A stretch of 64,000 bases of DNA from Eledone cirrhosa. Lineage: Eukaryota. Numbering within the stretch: the stretch's first letter is position 1; each line of letters begins with the position of its first letter. Positions 26,982 through 37,730 of this stretch are shown piece after piece. The notes beneath the pieces are model-generated. The model made no database searches and had not been told where the DNA came from. It worked only from the letters and a program-made list of their open reading frames with translations. Location of the stretch: assembly GCA_964016885.1 (NCBI GenBank), contig OZ024741.1:338334001-338398000 (forward strand), read 5' to 3'. A program made the position numbers and the translations under genes.

Positions 26982-28132
26982 TGTACCACATGGCTTAGTG
27001 GTTAGAATGGAGGCACATGGCTTAGTGGTTAGAGCATTGGCCTTGCAATCGAATGGTTGTGAGTTCAATTCTCAGACCGGGTGATGTGTTGTTTCCTTGA
27101 GCAAGACACTTATTTCACATTGCTCCAGTTTACTCAGCTGTAGAAATGAGATGATAGGGACTGGCATCCACATCATTCCACTGCAAAGTGGTCGTGGAGG
27201 CGCCACGGCAAAAAAGCACCCAGCACTCACTGTAAATGAGGTTGGTGTTAGGAAGGGCATCCAGCTGTAGAAATCAAGCCAGAATCAGTTCCCGTCCCAC
27301 CCTTGCAAGCAGGGAAAAGCGGACGTAAAATGATGATGATGATGATGATGATATATATATATATATTATATATATATATAAAACGAAGGAAATATATATA
27401 TATATATATATAACGAACGAAATATATATATACAAACACACATGATGTATTATTATGATTGATAGCCCATTTAGCATTGGAGCCCTATCGTATGGAGATA
27501 TCTAGTTTAAAGATTGGAAGTTATCCATATATTTTCATGTACAAAAATGGAAGAAATAGAACAGGAGATGAAATAAAGGAGAGAAAAAAAGAGAATGATG
27601 AATGTTGAGAAAGAAGAAATTATCTTCCTGAACAATCAAATCAAAATTATCTTCCTGAACATTTCAGAGATCAGAGAGTCGTTCCAGGTAGAGCTGCTAT
27701 TTCTCCAAATTGAGATCATAGTTCCAGTACTATGGGCAATTTGGTTAGAATGTCTCAGGAAAGAATTGCTGGACAGATTTTACGGGCAAAACCAACCAGC
27801 AGGAAACCCAGGAGTAGAAGAAACCTGAATAAGATGGTTGGATAACATCCATGGGCTTTGCTGGTCTTGCTTGGTGGGATCTAATCAGATTAATTGTAGA
27901 TGGTTGCATCTAATAGGACCTGTTGGAATGAGTGTTTAAGGACTCTCTCAGGAATAAGTTGGCAAAGAAGAAGAAAAAGAAAAATATTTATTAAGGAATT
28001 TAGAACAAACATTATTGTAATCATAAATGAGAAAATACTGAGATACTTACGGTCCAAGTTTTGACCAAATATCATCCCAATAGACAGCAAAAGACAGACC
28101 GCAAAAAGTTGTTGAGGGCCTTGCATTTTCAT
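9306..28132 (-). CDS. Pif/BMSP/LamG3-like secreted chitin-binding + laminin-G protein, copy A (complete, 380 aa); complement(join(9306..9335,10675..10754,12030..12126,13616..13968,14691..14837,17856..18029,19492..19671,28051..28132))
   Basis: Manual splicing: all 7 introns GT-AG with matching phases (1,1,1,1,0,1,0); 1143 nt open to TAA. Signal peptide [23 protein letters not shown], Cys-rich CBM14-like modules, then LamG-like motifs [50 protein letters not shown] that resemble the C-terminal domain of molluscan Pif-family proteins (recognised from memory, no search run). Confidence 0.88.
10675..10754 (-). CDS. Copy A exon 7, LamG-like
   Basis: ttcag acceptor, gtaagt donor; [27 protein letters not shown]. 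Confidence 0.87.
10965..11290 (+). mobile_element. RTE/BovB-like 3' fragment (second piece ~12173-12300)
   Basis: [24 protein letters not shown]...KDxLK-type motif. Confidence 0.7.
12030..12126 (-). CDS. Copy A exon 6, LamG-like
   Basis: cacag acceptor, gtaatt donor; [32 protein letters not shown]. Confidence 0.87.
13190..13440 (+). mobile_element. Possible RLE-type (CRE/NeSL-like) non-LTR C-terminal fragment
   Basis: [24 protein letters not shown] resembles the KY..L...F.P.AVET.G motif. Confidence 0.4.
13616..13968 (-). CDS. Copy A exon 5, LamG-like domain N-terminal part
   Basis: tacag acceptor, gtaagt donor; 353 nt open: [14 protein letters not shown]...[21 protein letters not shown]...[10 protein letters not shown]. 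Confidence 0.9.
14040..14264. mobile_element. Tc1/mariner-type MITE (copy B ~57375-57599)
   Basis: Imperfect TIRs CAGGGTGAGTCATAAGTAA / TTAGTTATAACTCACCCTG followed by TA. Confidence 0.6.
14691..14837 (-). CDS. Copy A exon 4, degenerate chitin-binding-like module
   Basis: ttcag acceptor, gtaatt donor; [49 protein letters not shown]. Confidence 0.88.
16071..16397. mobile_element. Tc1/mariner-type MITE with right TIR cut by the LINE insertion
   Basis: TACAGAGTGAGTCAAAAGTAG / CTACTTTTGACTCACCC. Confidence 0.6.
16398..17776 (-). mobile_element. RTE/BovB-like LINE with 5' inversion (copy B ~59733-61111)
   Basis: Minus part: [18 protein letters not shown], (GAA)n tail at 16398. Plus part 17495-17776: [18 protein letters not shown]...FVDLEKAYD. 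Same-family 3' end at ~27660-27975 (+). Confidence 0.85.
17856..18029 (-). CDS. Copy A exon 3, second CBM14-like domain
   Basis: cctag acceptor, gtgcgt donor; [19 protein letters not shown]...[21 protein letters not shown]. Confidence 0.88.
18171..18340 (+). repeat. 42-bp minisatellite, ~3.5 copies (copy B ~61474-61640)
   Basis: TTACACTAGAAAATATCACCTATGATACACTGATACTTGGTG. Confidence 0.85.
19010..19468 (+). repeat. GA-rich compound VNTR next to the exon 2 donor (shorter in copy B, ~62310-62585)
   Basis: Mixed units ...GACATAAAGAAAGAGAGGAGGAACGTAA(GA)n and ...GAGGGTGAATGG(GA)n. Confidence 0.85.
19492..19671 (-). CDS. Copy A exon 2, CBM14/peritrophin-A chitin-binding domain
   Basis: tttag acceptor, gtaaat donor; [22 protein letters not shown]...[24 protein letters not shown]. 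Confidence 0.92.
20945..24250 (+). mobile_element. RTE-clade LINE, near full length, ORF open to 23946 (APE endonuclease + RT + PHD-like Zn finger), (GAT)n tail
   Basis: [57 protein letters not shown]; 5' end cut in (TA)n; the ORF-track N-terminus is microsatellite read-through. Confidence 0.95.
24369..26830 (+). mobile_element. RTE-clade LINE, 5'-truncated, RT ORF open to 26315, (GAT)n tail
   Basis: Related subfamily of the upstream element; LLYADD; 112-bp tandem duplication in the 3' UTR (26485-26714). Confidence 0.95.
27015..27350 (+). mobile_element. tRNA-derived SINE with RTE-derived 3' tail
   Basis: A-box TGGCTTAGTGG, B-box GAGTTCAATTC, core CCTTGAGCAAGACACTT, tail matching the RTE 3' UTR near 23980-24130, (GAT)n end. 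Confidence 0.8.
28051..28132 (-). CDS. Copy A exon 1 (signal peptide [27 protein letters not shown])
   Basis: ATG at 28132, hydrophobic core, donor C|GTAAGT; phase 1 matches exon 2. Confidence 0.8.
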
Positions 28133-28208
28133 TGTGTTACAGAGTATTGCTATGTATGTACCTATATCTTCATGCAAAAGAGGATTGAAAGTCTGTCAAA
28201 ATCTTGTA

Positions 28209-28216
28209 TTTATATA
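28209..28216 (-). promoter_or_regulatory. Putative TATA box of the Pif-like gene
   Basis: CTATATAAATA on the minus strand ~77 nt upstream of the ATG; position plausible, but the background is AT-rich. Confidence 0.5.
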
Positions 28217-28276
28217 GAACAGAGCCTGTGAAAGTTACTATGCATGTGTATTTACACGTGTTTAGATTAGAAATAT

Positions 28277-28485
28277 TCATCATCGTCATCATCATCGCCA
28301 TTGCCTTCGTCATCGTCATCATCATCGCCATTGCCTTCGTCATCGTCATCATCATCGCCATTGCCTTCGTCATCGTCATCATCATCGCCATTGCCTTCGT
28401 CATCGTCATCATCATCATCGTCGTCGTCGTCATCGTCGTCATCGTCATCATCATCATCATCATCATCATCATCAATAATAATAAT
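28277..28485 (+). repeat. 30-bp repeat plus (CAT/CGT)n microsatellite just upstream of the Pif-like promoter
   Basis: CATCGTCATCATCATCGCCATTGCCTTCGT x4. Confidence 0.85.
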
Positions 28486-29394
28486 ATTATGTGAGAAAGA
28501 AGGTGGAGCTAGTGCAAGTTTTGTCCGTCTCCCAGATCCTCCTACACCCTGACACATGTTTATTTGCAACGTATTAGAGCTAATATCTACATAAGCAACT
28601 AGGCATTTTTATTAAAGAATTAATAAAAGGCTTTAATAAAACCACAAAGGTAATTGTTTGAAAAAATATTCTTATTTTTTTAAAAAAAGCTTTACATGTT
28701 TTTTATGTTCAATTTCTTTATTTCTATTGCTTTAATTTCAAGATTATTTTATATATAAGAAATGAGAGAATTTTAATTTGAATAGAGAAATAAATAGCTT
28801 GATTGTGTTTTCAAGGACAGAAGACTAGTTATGAAAGTTGCATAAGCTAGAATATAAAAAGAAGAGACTAAATTATTCTCCCTTATCCACACCTTTGTGA
28901 ATAAATTACTATCTCTTCACAACAGAGTCTTTAATCACAAACCGGTTTAAACTCATTTTTATCCATTCACTCTTTTATACATTTCTGTTTCAATGAATTC
29001 ATTCTGACAAAGACAACAAAAGTCTTTAAAAATATGAAGAAGGTGGTTCCTGTTTAACATGATAGCTTTTAGATAGATCATTACAAAAATACAAACTCTT
29101 CAGCGACGCTTAAGTCGTTTTTTGCTTTATTGCTTGTAAAATATATATATGTGTGTCATCTCCCTCTCCTTCATCTACAAAAAAATGAGAGTAGGATGTA
29201 TAATTGTGTGACCTGGAGTCTGTTTAAAAGGAAAGATATTTGCTATACAATGTCAGGTTACTTAGTAAAAAAATGAATTTATTCGTAAATATTTCTTATA
29301 GGTTTACAAAACTGTGAATTAAACTTCTCAAGGGAGACTACTAGTCTTTATTTTTATATTTTCCTTATAAGGATTTATTAAGTTTTCATAATTA

Positions 29395-29585
29395 ATACGG
29401 TGGATTGGCAGTATCGGTAGAGAGTCGGGCGCCATGCTTTGAAGCATGTAGTTACCTCCCTTTATGATCTGAGTTCAAATCCCGCCAAGGTTAACTTTGC
29501 CTTTCATCCTTACGGAGTCGATAAAATAAAGTACCAGTAATGCACTGATATAATTGCTGGCCTTGTGCCAAAAGTAGAAACAATA
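29395..29585 (+). mobile_element. tRNA-derived SINE with Nin-type core (degenerate copies at ~11835-11985 minus, ~15145-15290, ~19780-19925)
   Basis: GAGTTCAAATCC B-box followed by ACTTTGCCTTTCATCCTT..GTCGATAAAATAAAGTACCAG. Confidence 0.65.
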
Positions 29586-29899
29586 ATTAATAATATAAAT
29601 AATGAAAGAAGGGGGAAGGGGTAAAGAAGGGCAGATCTGGCTGTATAGGAGAGTAAAGGAAAGGACTAAAAATGCCATAAATGAGAAGAAAAGGAAGGAA
29701 AGAAGCTAGGACTATTAGGCCATGGAAGAAATAGAGGGGGAAGGGGAAAGGATGACAGGCCCTGCACCTAAGTTGGGGCAGTAAGGTCTAACCTCAAGGT
29801 TTCTGATGAAAGGGTTAAAGAAAAGTCAAATTTCTACCAGGAAGGATGACTGATCATCTTTAACATTTGACTCTATGTATGATTTCCTTAAGAATTATA

Positions 29900-30770
29900 G
29901 TTGTTTGCAATCCAATAGCTGTAAAACAGTTCAGATTTTTTCAGATGTTTGGAATATTTCTTGAACATATTTGGTTTTTAGGAAATGGATGAAGAGGAAG
30001 AGCATCATGGTTGACACTTTTAGGAAAAAATATTCACAAGGAAATGGATTACAGTTCTAAGAAGGAAAATTTAAGGGAAGGGTTTAGAGTGAGATCTGGC
30101 TGATATGTGATAAGAGGGAGAGAAAAGATGAATAGGATGTATAGAAGGAATGTATCTAGAGTTCAGAGCAACAGAGACCACTGTAATAGCAAAAACAGCA
30201 TGCAAGACAGTAATTGAAGCATTTTAGTGGTTAACTCTTTGACAATTACTTCAATGGCTGTCTTTTCAATTAGTATATGCATCAGTAGATTTTGGTAGTA
30301 CTCCAGTTTTCTTCTTCTTGCATTTCGGTTGGTCTCAGGTTGTTGTCATTTGCTTGATCAAGATCAGAGCTCAGTGACCAATTTCCAGAGCCCTCCACGA
30401 GGAGGTCAACAAATTTGAGCTCTAATACTCCAGTAAGGAGAAAGGTTCAGCTCCATCAGACTTAAAATACTCAAGACTCAATCGTGTTCCTATGAATCTA
30501 TCAGGAGTTACAAATCCATTCATAAATTCAGTACTCCAGTGATGTTCTTGAGTTTTATAGAGAATTAGCTAATGATCAGAGCTGAAATAATTGCTGACAC
30601 TGAAGAGGACTCCTGGCCTTTCTGGTGCAGTTTTGCAATGTTATATGTGGAATCACCATAAGAGATAGTGATGGATTCAGAGGCCTAGCATTTATAATGA
30701 CAGCAACTATGTGGGTTTTAATTGTGTTATTTATGACCAGATAGATTGAGATGCAAGACTGCCTCCTAAA
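29900..30770 (-). mobile_element. Highly decayed CR1/Jockey-like LINE remnant (similar decayed sequence ~7430-8640)
   Basis: Minus-strand CYYSGLCCSEL resembles the CR1-type RYYxGxCSxEL C-terminus; otherwise broken. Confidence 0.4.
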
Positions 30771-31059
30771 TTTATATGGGGATTAAATATTTGTTATCTT
30801 GCAAAAGACATGGTTGTCATGTCCCTTGTGCATGCTTAACGCTCTTTCCTACATTCTTCTACACGCTACAGTCTTCTACACGCCACGCATCTCAACGTAC
30901 ATCCACTTACATCTCTCTCTCCACCACCGGATCTTGTTACCCGGAGATTTACCCATCTGCATTGTCGAGGCTTCCAAACGACTTAAAGAAATTTACCTTA
31001 TTATTCCACAATGCTTCAAGCAAACTTCAATACTCTCATATATATATATATATATATAT

Positions 31060-33560
31060 ATCAAAATGAAAATCCGAAGGCAAGGTAAAATTTCCAATCA
31101 TTTTAATCACGACACATGTTTCAATCAGAGAACTTAGAAAAAGCTACTGAAAAACTACACGGGCCAACCTGGATTTAATCAACACGGAGGCCAATAGCGT
31201 CATGACTAAACTGGGTATTGAGGATAAAACCGAACCCTTCCACCCTAGAACTCCGAGGATTTTGTTGAAGCACCACAAATTAAACTTTGAATTATCAAGA
31301 CCTGTCAGGCTGATAGCCCTTCGAAGTCGGACATAGGAATCATGAGTAAAAACATCCTTGATAAAATAATGCCCACTCTAGTTATGAGATCGAAGATTAA
31401 ATTATGGTCAGGAACAGCGAGGTAATTAACTGGTTTGAGAAGTCACAGAATAATAATAGCACTAAGTTTATACAGTTCGATATCTCTTAACTACTATTCT
31501 TCGATCTCTCCAACTCTTCTAGGTAGGGCCCTAAATTTTGCTAGCTTACACACCGACCTTACATCTGAAGAAATTAACATTATTCTCCTAGCTAGGAAAA
31601 CCTTAATTGAGTCCAACGGTGACTTGTGGACCAGGAAGGATTGGCCGGACAATTTCGACATCACCATGGGATCCACGGACTCGGCCCAGGTGACGGATCT
31701 GGTGGGCCTTTACTTCCTCGACTGTCTCTCAGTGGAAATGCCCACTTGGGAGGCGGCGCTTACCGTGACGACGTTTTATTTACTGTGTCGTTCCGTAATA
31801 ATAATATGGTAGAGAGGGTGAGGAAAAAACTAAGCAAATTCTTTAAGAACATAGACCTAAGTATAGTATTTGAAGAGAACTTAAAGATAGTTAATTTTCC
31901 AACCCTACCACAAACCCAATGAGAATTTAAACTATGTCAACGCTAAATCGAACCACCCTAGAATAGTCACTAACGGTATTACTAAAAGTGTCTCTAGTAG
32001 AATTTCAGGACTATCGTCCAATGAAGATACCTTTAATAGGATCTCGAATTACTATAATAGCGCGGAGCATAGCGAGGGAATCTCATTCAAACGTCCATTA
32101 GATAGTAGTAGCAACATTGCCTGCTATAGCTTAGGCCAAAATAGTGACACTTCTGTTAACAGCAGGCGGGATACGAGGGAGTATCAATATAGACTTCATG
32201 TTGTATTGCCTCCTAGTCCCAATGGAAACAACCACCCAGGTACTAACACGGGGTCAGAGCACCGTAATGCCAGCGGAAACTCTAATTGTAACCTTAATTG
32301 TAGAACTGATAAAACGACCGTTGAACGTAAAATGGAACGAGGGTCGAGTAGAGGGAATAGGGATAAATGTAGCAGGTGCATAGTGGATTTAACCCCGGCT
32401 ATCGATGGTAATCCAAATGGCTGCACGGGGGTACACCGCCCCGGACACTTGGGACGATTCCGAAAACAATCGGGACACCCCAGATCCACAGGCAGTTTTC
32501 AGTTATAATAGACCGGTAGCTACTAAGGAGACAGGTACCTCTAATATAGATAGTAAGAACAAGAGGCATCTGACCAGAAAAATCCTGTGGTATAACCCCC
32601 TTACTCCACTGGCCTGACCACTAGTATAGCTAAGCTTTTCTTTAGGGCCTTAGACAAATGCTTCCCTAGATCACACAGATACTATAAAATATTCAATAGG
32701 AATACCATCAAACTGTCCTACTCCACAACCAGTAACATAGCTCAGAATATAGCTAAGATGAATTATAGTAGACTTAGGACAGGGGGGGGATGAGACATGA
32801 CAGAACTAATGGCAGCTCTATGGATGAACGGACTCATACACGTGAGGCGAGTCAGGTCACACCAACACCTGAGAACTTACTCATAGAGCAGACAAGAACT
32901 GAGACCCGACCCCAAATGTACCGTGGCTCCTCTGGAACTACTCAGGTCGATAACAGAAAATGTAATTGCAGGAACACCGCCACTTGCCCCATGGCTGGGA
33001 AATGCCTCACCAAAAACATAGTCTACGACTGCAAGGTCTCCACTCTTGATAGATCCTTCAGGTATGTTGGGGAAACTGCCACTGAATTTAAGGGTAGATG
33101 GTATAATCACCGCCATACCTTTAATAGATTAGATAAAAAAAATAGCACGGCGCTTTCTGAATTAGTCTGCAAGCTTAAACAACAGATTGCTCAGCCCAGC
33201 CTTATAACGGCAGCACGGGCGTTTGTAATTTGTGTATAGCTGAAACCTTTAATATTATTAGAGGCGGCCCCCTATTAATCAATAGGAGAGCGGATTTTTT
33301 CAGCAACTGCCAACATAGAACCTCGAAAACTTTCCGCAGGATTTTTGGGAAGTAACCTACCACTAACTCCTCCCTCTCTACCTTAGCCATAGAGTTCTCT
33401 CAATTAGCGAAAAAACAGACAATCACACACTCAGGTAGTTAGACAGCTAAGATCGTTTGCGCACTTACAAACAGTACTCGGCCTGTCTCCACAGAGTTTT
33501 CACAGATGAGTGCACTTTAGAATACCTAGTTAGTAATTAGTTAGATTGATTACACACTCA
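31060..33560 (+). mobile_element. Decayed Penelope-like element (RT + C-terminal GIY-YIG)
   Basis: FDITMGSTDSAQVTDLVG, YRDD, SNHP, RKILWYNP, CNCRNTATCPMAGKCLTKNIVY..YVGETATEFKGRWYNH; several frameshifts. Confidence 0.88.
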
Positions 33561-33589
33561 GAATACCTAGTTAGTAAACGATGATGACA

Positions 33590-34265
33590 TCTTCTTTATT
33601 GTTGTTCCCGTCTGCTGTGGGCACAAAGGTGGCTGTGGAGACCGATCCTTGACTTGCAGGTCCGGGGACAGTGGAGACAGGGGAAGAGACCGGAGTCAGA
33701 CTGGTAACTCCCAGAGGTTACCTCCCCTGTTACCTCCACCTCTCGCCCATCGCTGCAGGGCTTTGGGAGTGCACGCTAAAGAAGAAACCTGTGCGGGAAA
33801 GGGTTATAGTGGGAGGGCCAGTGTACATTGACGGTCCCACTCACTCGGCCGCAGAAGCCAGAATCCGGTGGTACGGAGGACCGTCACGACCATGGACTTC
33901 CTTGGCTGCAGTGGATGGCCACGACGTCTGTACTGCCTTGCCATGCCCTAGCGCTCCACACCGCTTGCTGTCGCCGCCTTTGTGACCGTTGGGACGATGT
34001 TGTCCTCCTCCACTCATTCCGCCAGGTCCAGTCTTCGCATGCAGGGGCAGACATCCCCTATCTAACAGACCCGTCCGGCTATCCTCAACCTGGTTCGGCC
34101 CGTCAGCCAAGGCGGTTTACCGGGGTGTGGCCGCTGTCGCATTCTACAGCTTCTTGGGGCCACAGGTGAGAGCTGAGTGTCAGGTGGGACCCAATGCAGG
34201 ACGAGCTGTCCTGAAAAGGGAATGGCTAGCCCTCCCTACAGAGGTACATGCCCCTCCCTGACACC
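33590..34265 (-). mobile_element. GC-richer decayed non-LTR fragment (possibly L1/Tx1-like 3' end)
   Basis: Composition shift, AATAAAGAAGA-like 3' end at ~33590, weak Cys/AKEV remnants. Confidence 0.3.
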
Positions 34266-34524
34266 CTAAGCATATACATATACATACGTGCATGTGTATA
34301 TACATATTTACACAATTTTGGATGGCCGTAGACTCTTATGAGTTCTTCCACCCTTTGTCAGGTTTTGTTTTTTTGTCCTGCAGGGTGTCCAAAATCCCCC
34401 TCCTCACCAAGTAAACTTGGTGGGGTTGCCAGTTTAGTAGCTGACAACCCGACCATGCGACAGGTTGTACTAGTTTACATGTTACCAGTAGCACTCAAGA
34501 GTGACCTGGCATATATATATATAC

Positions 34525-34611
<87 letters not shown>

Positions 34612-34917
34612 TTATTTCCTCCTATCTTTATTTATTTCTTTCTTCTCTCCATACATTTCTCTCTCTCTCCGATATTTCTCCAGGTTTTCTTTCTTTCTAT
34701 CTTTCTTTCTCTCTCTCCGTCTTTGTTCTTTTCTCTCTCTCCGTCTTTTTTCGTTTTTCTTTTTCTTTATCTCCGTCTTTTTCTAATTGTGCTTAACACT
34801 ATGACTTATTAAAACAATATAAACAATTCACTATCCAGACAGCCTCCAAAAGTAATGGTTGTATTTTAAAAGGGTACGTCAAAGCTATTTGTAAAACTGT
34901 TATATATTGTATTTTGT

Positions 34918-34964
34918 CTGATGAAGGCATACCATAATTTAATATGGTATCCCTGAAATATGTA
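34918..34964 (+). ncRNA. Decayed hammerhead-like motif
   Basis: CTGATGA, long stem II (AGGCATACCATA/TATGGTATCCCT), GAAA; stems I and III poor. Confidence 0.45.
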
Positions 34965-35014
34965 TAATGAAATAAATATGGTTTTATAAATATAGTTTCC
35001 ATTTATTAATATCG

Positions 35015-35108
<94 letters not shown>

Positions 35109-35381
35109 GGAATAGAATGAAACGAAATTTCATTTCTCACTCTTAGTACGGCACTTACTTAAATGTAAGTATGTATGTATACGTACATACATATATGTAT
35201 ACAGACGACAGTAGCATGTATATATATACATACAGGCACACATATATACATGCACGTATCAGTTTACCAAACATTTATTATAATGCTCGGTTTGTTCGTT
35301 TGTAAACAAACAAACAGCCTGAATTAAGCCGTACAGTGTTTAGGCAACCACGTCACCTTTTTGTTCAACACTGACACAGGA

Positions 35382-35424
35382 ACGATGTACTGGTTTCAAG
35401 CTTATTAGCTATCGTCAGCACCGT
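35382..35424 (-). ncRNA. Minimal hammerhead
   Basis: ACGGTG CTGACGA TAGCTAATAAGCTT GAA ACCAGT A CATCGT. Confidence 0.75.
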
Positions 35425-36124
35425 ATACCTTTCTGCCAGATGGTTGAACGTCCGAAAGTATATACTTTCTTATGAAAATTAACGGCTGAGCAGCCTAATT
35501 TGCATATCGAGTGAGTTCAGTCGGCCAGTCGCACCGAAGACGATAAATGGAATAGAATAAAACGAACTTTCATTTCTCACTCTTAGTACGGCACTTACTT
35601 AAATGTAAGTATGTATGTATACGTACATACATATATGTATACAGACGTACAGTAGCATGTATATATATACATACAGGCACACATATATACATGCACGTAT
35701 CAGTTTACCGAACATTTATTATAATGCTCGGTTTGTTCGTTTGTAAACAAACAAACAGCCTGAATTACGGCGTACAGTGTTTAGGCAACCACGTCACCTT
35801 TTTGTTCAACACTGAACAAACCGAGCATTATAATAAATGTTCGGTAAACTGATACGTGCATGTATATATGTGTGCCTGTATGTATATATATACATGCTAC
35901 TGTACGTCTGTATACATATATGTATGTACGTATACATACTTACATTTAAGTAAGTGCCGTACTAAGAGTGAGAAATGAAATTTCGTTTCATTCTATTCCA
36001 TTTATCGTTTTCGGTGCGACTGGCCGACTGAACTCACTCGATATGCAAATTAGGCTGCTCAGCCGTTAATTTTCATAAGGAAAGTATATACTTTCGGACG
36101 TTCAACCATCTGGCAGAAAGGTAT

Positions 36125-36167
36125 ACGGTGCTGACGATAGCTAATAAGCTTGAAACTAGTACATCGT
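36125..36167 (+). ncRNA. Minimal hammerhead
   Basis: ACGGTG CTGACGA TAGCTAATAAGCTT GAA ACTAGT A CATCGT. Confidence 0.8.
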
Positions 36168-36405
36168 TCCTGTGTCAGTGTTGAACAAAAAGGTGACGTG
36201 GTTGCCTAAACACTGTACGGCGTAATTCAGGCTGTTTGTTTGTTTACAAACAAACAAACCGAGCATTATAATAAATGTTCGGTAAACTGATACGTGCATG
36301 TATATATGTGTGCCTGTATGTATATATATACATGCTACTGTACGTCTGTATACATATATGTATGTACGTATACATACATACTTACATATATATATATATA
36401 TATAC

Positions 36406-36565
<160 letters not shown>

Positions 36566-36582
36566 TATATATATATATATAC

Positions 36583-36654
<72 letters not shown>

Positions 36655-36744
36655 TTAAAACAACAGAATGCAAGACAATTTGGTGCATCATCGTTTACCA
36701 ACCAGAACAACCAGTTCTACTCGTTGCTAAACAACCTAATATAG

Positions 36745-36779
<35 letters not shown>

Positions 36780-36780
<1 letters not shown>

Positions 36781-37730
36781 CTATTGATGAACATTACGTT
36801 CATCAATACAACCCCTAGAGGTGAATTAGCTTACAAATTTAGAAGGGCCCGAGATAAACATAAACTCAATATTAAGATAGTAGAAAGACCAGGTACCTCC
36901 ATAAAAACACTTATTAGCAATACATACCCTTTTCAAAGACCTCCCTGTATAGATAAGAAATGAATAATCTGTAAACTAAGCCCTCATATTAACTGTAAAA
37001 CTAGAAATGTAGTATATAGCATAAGATGTACTGAAGGACAATGTAAAGATAAGAATATAGTGTACATAGGTGAGACAGCTCGTAGTATAAGAGAACGGTT
37101 AAATGAACACTGGCGAGAACTTCAAGATAAAAAATAACCAACATGCTAAAAAGCATCAACATGCTAAAATAGAACATAAGGGCAAATTAGAGAACATAGA
37201 AATGAAAATAGAATCTACACACAGAAAAGACGCAATGTTTAGACAAATCACAGAGGCAATAAACATAAATGAACTCCAACCAAATTAAATAGAAAATATG
37301 AATGGAATAGCAACATCACAACTTACAATTAAGGACAAAATGAAAACACACACACACACATAGAACAAACAACCAACCAGTAACATTTAAATAAACAAAT
37401 AAATAAACAAATAAAAACACACGCAGACACCCGGATGTAACACATGCGTAAACTAAGCACACAACACACACAAAAACAAGATGGCGTAGGACAGAACAAA
37501 GGAGAGGCACAAAACAAAGAAAAAATCCCCAGTCACTGAAGAGGTCACAGAATGTATGACGAAAGAACTTTGACAATATATGAACAACCGTCCGGTTATG
37601 GAACCAACAAACTAACCGGAAATTTATAAATTCTTAAATTTATAAATTTAATTTATAATAAATTGGAGTGAAAGCAACTGGTGCGTGTGTTTCTTATTGG
37701 CGACATGACCCTCCCAAAGCATAACAATAT
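36780..37730 (+). mobile_element. Penelope-like element 3' fragment (Cys linker + GIY-YIG + pLTR with hammerhead)
   Basis: Frame from 36781: TPRGELA..IKIVERPG..PF..CIDKK*IIC..NVVYSIRC..VYIGETARSIRERLNEH; flanked by (TA)n. Confidence 0.85.
37532..37574 (+). ncRNA. Minimal hammerhead in PLE pLTR (related, more decayed motifs at 1812-1854, 42809-42845, 44951-44993)
   Basis: GTCA CTGAAGA G GTCA-loop-TGAC GAA AGAACT T TGAC. Confidence 0.7.

Larger units (their letters stand above)
35106..36387. mobile_element. Non-coding PLE pLTR/retrozyme-like array: ~440-bp direct repeats followed by an inverted copy
   Basis: AATGGAATAGAAT at 35106 and 35546; strand switch near 35816; hammerheads at 35382-35424 (-) and 36125-36167 (+); bounded by (TA)n. 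Confidence 0.75.

Noticed and set aside
27015-27085. tRNA-like sequence
   Set aside because: No complete cloverleaf; it continues into a SINE core and LINE tail.
28170-28569. Poly-Asp ORF (DDDDEGNG repeats) resembling an acidic Pif80-like biomineral protein
   Set aside because: It is a (GAT)n-derived repeat upstream of the TATA box and signal-peptide exon, open in several frames, with no convincing splice link to the gene.
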